The position numbers and the translations under genes are program-made. Source: an uncultured Gemmatimonadales bacterium (GTDB lineage Bacteria > Gemmatimonadota > Gemmatimonadetes > Longimicrobiales > Gaopeijiaceae). Taken from it: DNA of 64,000 bases. The stretch lies in assembly GCA_963823035.1 (NCBI GenBank), contig CAWGKG010000019.1:32001-96000 (forward strand), in the 5' to 3' direction. Position 1 is the first letter of the stretch; every line of letters begins with the position of its first letter. The notes under the pieces were generated by a model that worked only from the letters and a program-made list of their open reading frames with translations, searched no databases and was not told the origin of the DNA. Positions 63,924-64,000 of this stretch are shown one piece after another.

Positions 63924-64000
63924 GGCTCGCCCTCGCTGGCGGGAGGAGGCAGACGAAGGGACGTACGATAGGCGGCGCGGACCAGCCGCGCGACCCGTGC

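Noticed and set aside
1..64000. CRISPR array, tRNA, rRNA, integrase or transposase
   Set aside because: No regularly spaced repeat-spacer units, cloverleaf or rRNA-like segments, or recombinase motifs were seen.
1..64000. Many long overlapping Arg/Gly/Pro-rich ORFs (e.g. 827..2179, 32442..35303, 39713..41767, 55119..57224)
   Set aside because: Shadow frames of real genes, expected at high GC; low-complexity translations without family motifs.

Overview
Very GC-rich (about 70% by eye) bacterial window. The gene repertoire (SusC/SusD pair, TIGR02999-type ECF plus kinase-TPR pairs, PEP-CTERM, Ig/BACON/RCC1 lipoproteins) suggests Gemmatimonadota; this is inference. Many genes carry single-base frameshifts, most simply explained as long-read assembly errors, so several coordinates are stitched across frames. 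In order: modCBA molybdate ABC operon; three Tat-signal enzymes and an AAA-type MFS transporter; a 167-bp CTAG-bounded MITE-like element; an ECF/anti-sigma/MscS-like/CcmC-like unit divergent from mscL and a DUF4332-DUF481 ORF; a PPIase and two tandem vWA PEP-CTERM genes with sigma54 promoters; a polysaccharide-utilisation-like locus (GH43, NamZ, EEP, SusC/SusD behind a candidate structured leader, DUF6259, DUF6067, DUF5107-TPR); EamA; an Omp85 with a kinase-like N-terminus; two convergent ECF + Ser/Thr kinase-TPR modules bracketing four uncharacterised exported proteins (best candidate for an undescribed system); a TPR/Ig/BACON/DUF11/RCC1 surface-protein cluster; an AlkZ-like glycosylase; an amidohydrolase. 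I saw no rRNA, tRNA, CRISPR array or transposase. All family names come from motif recognition, not database searches.
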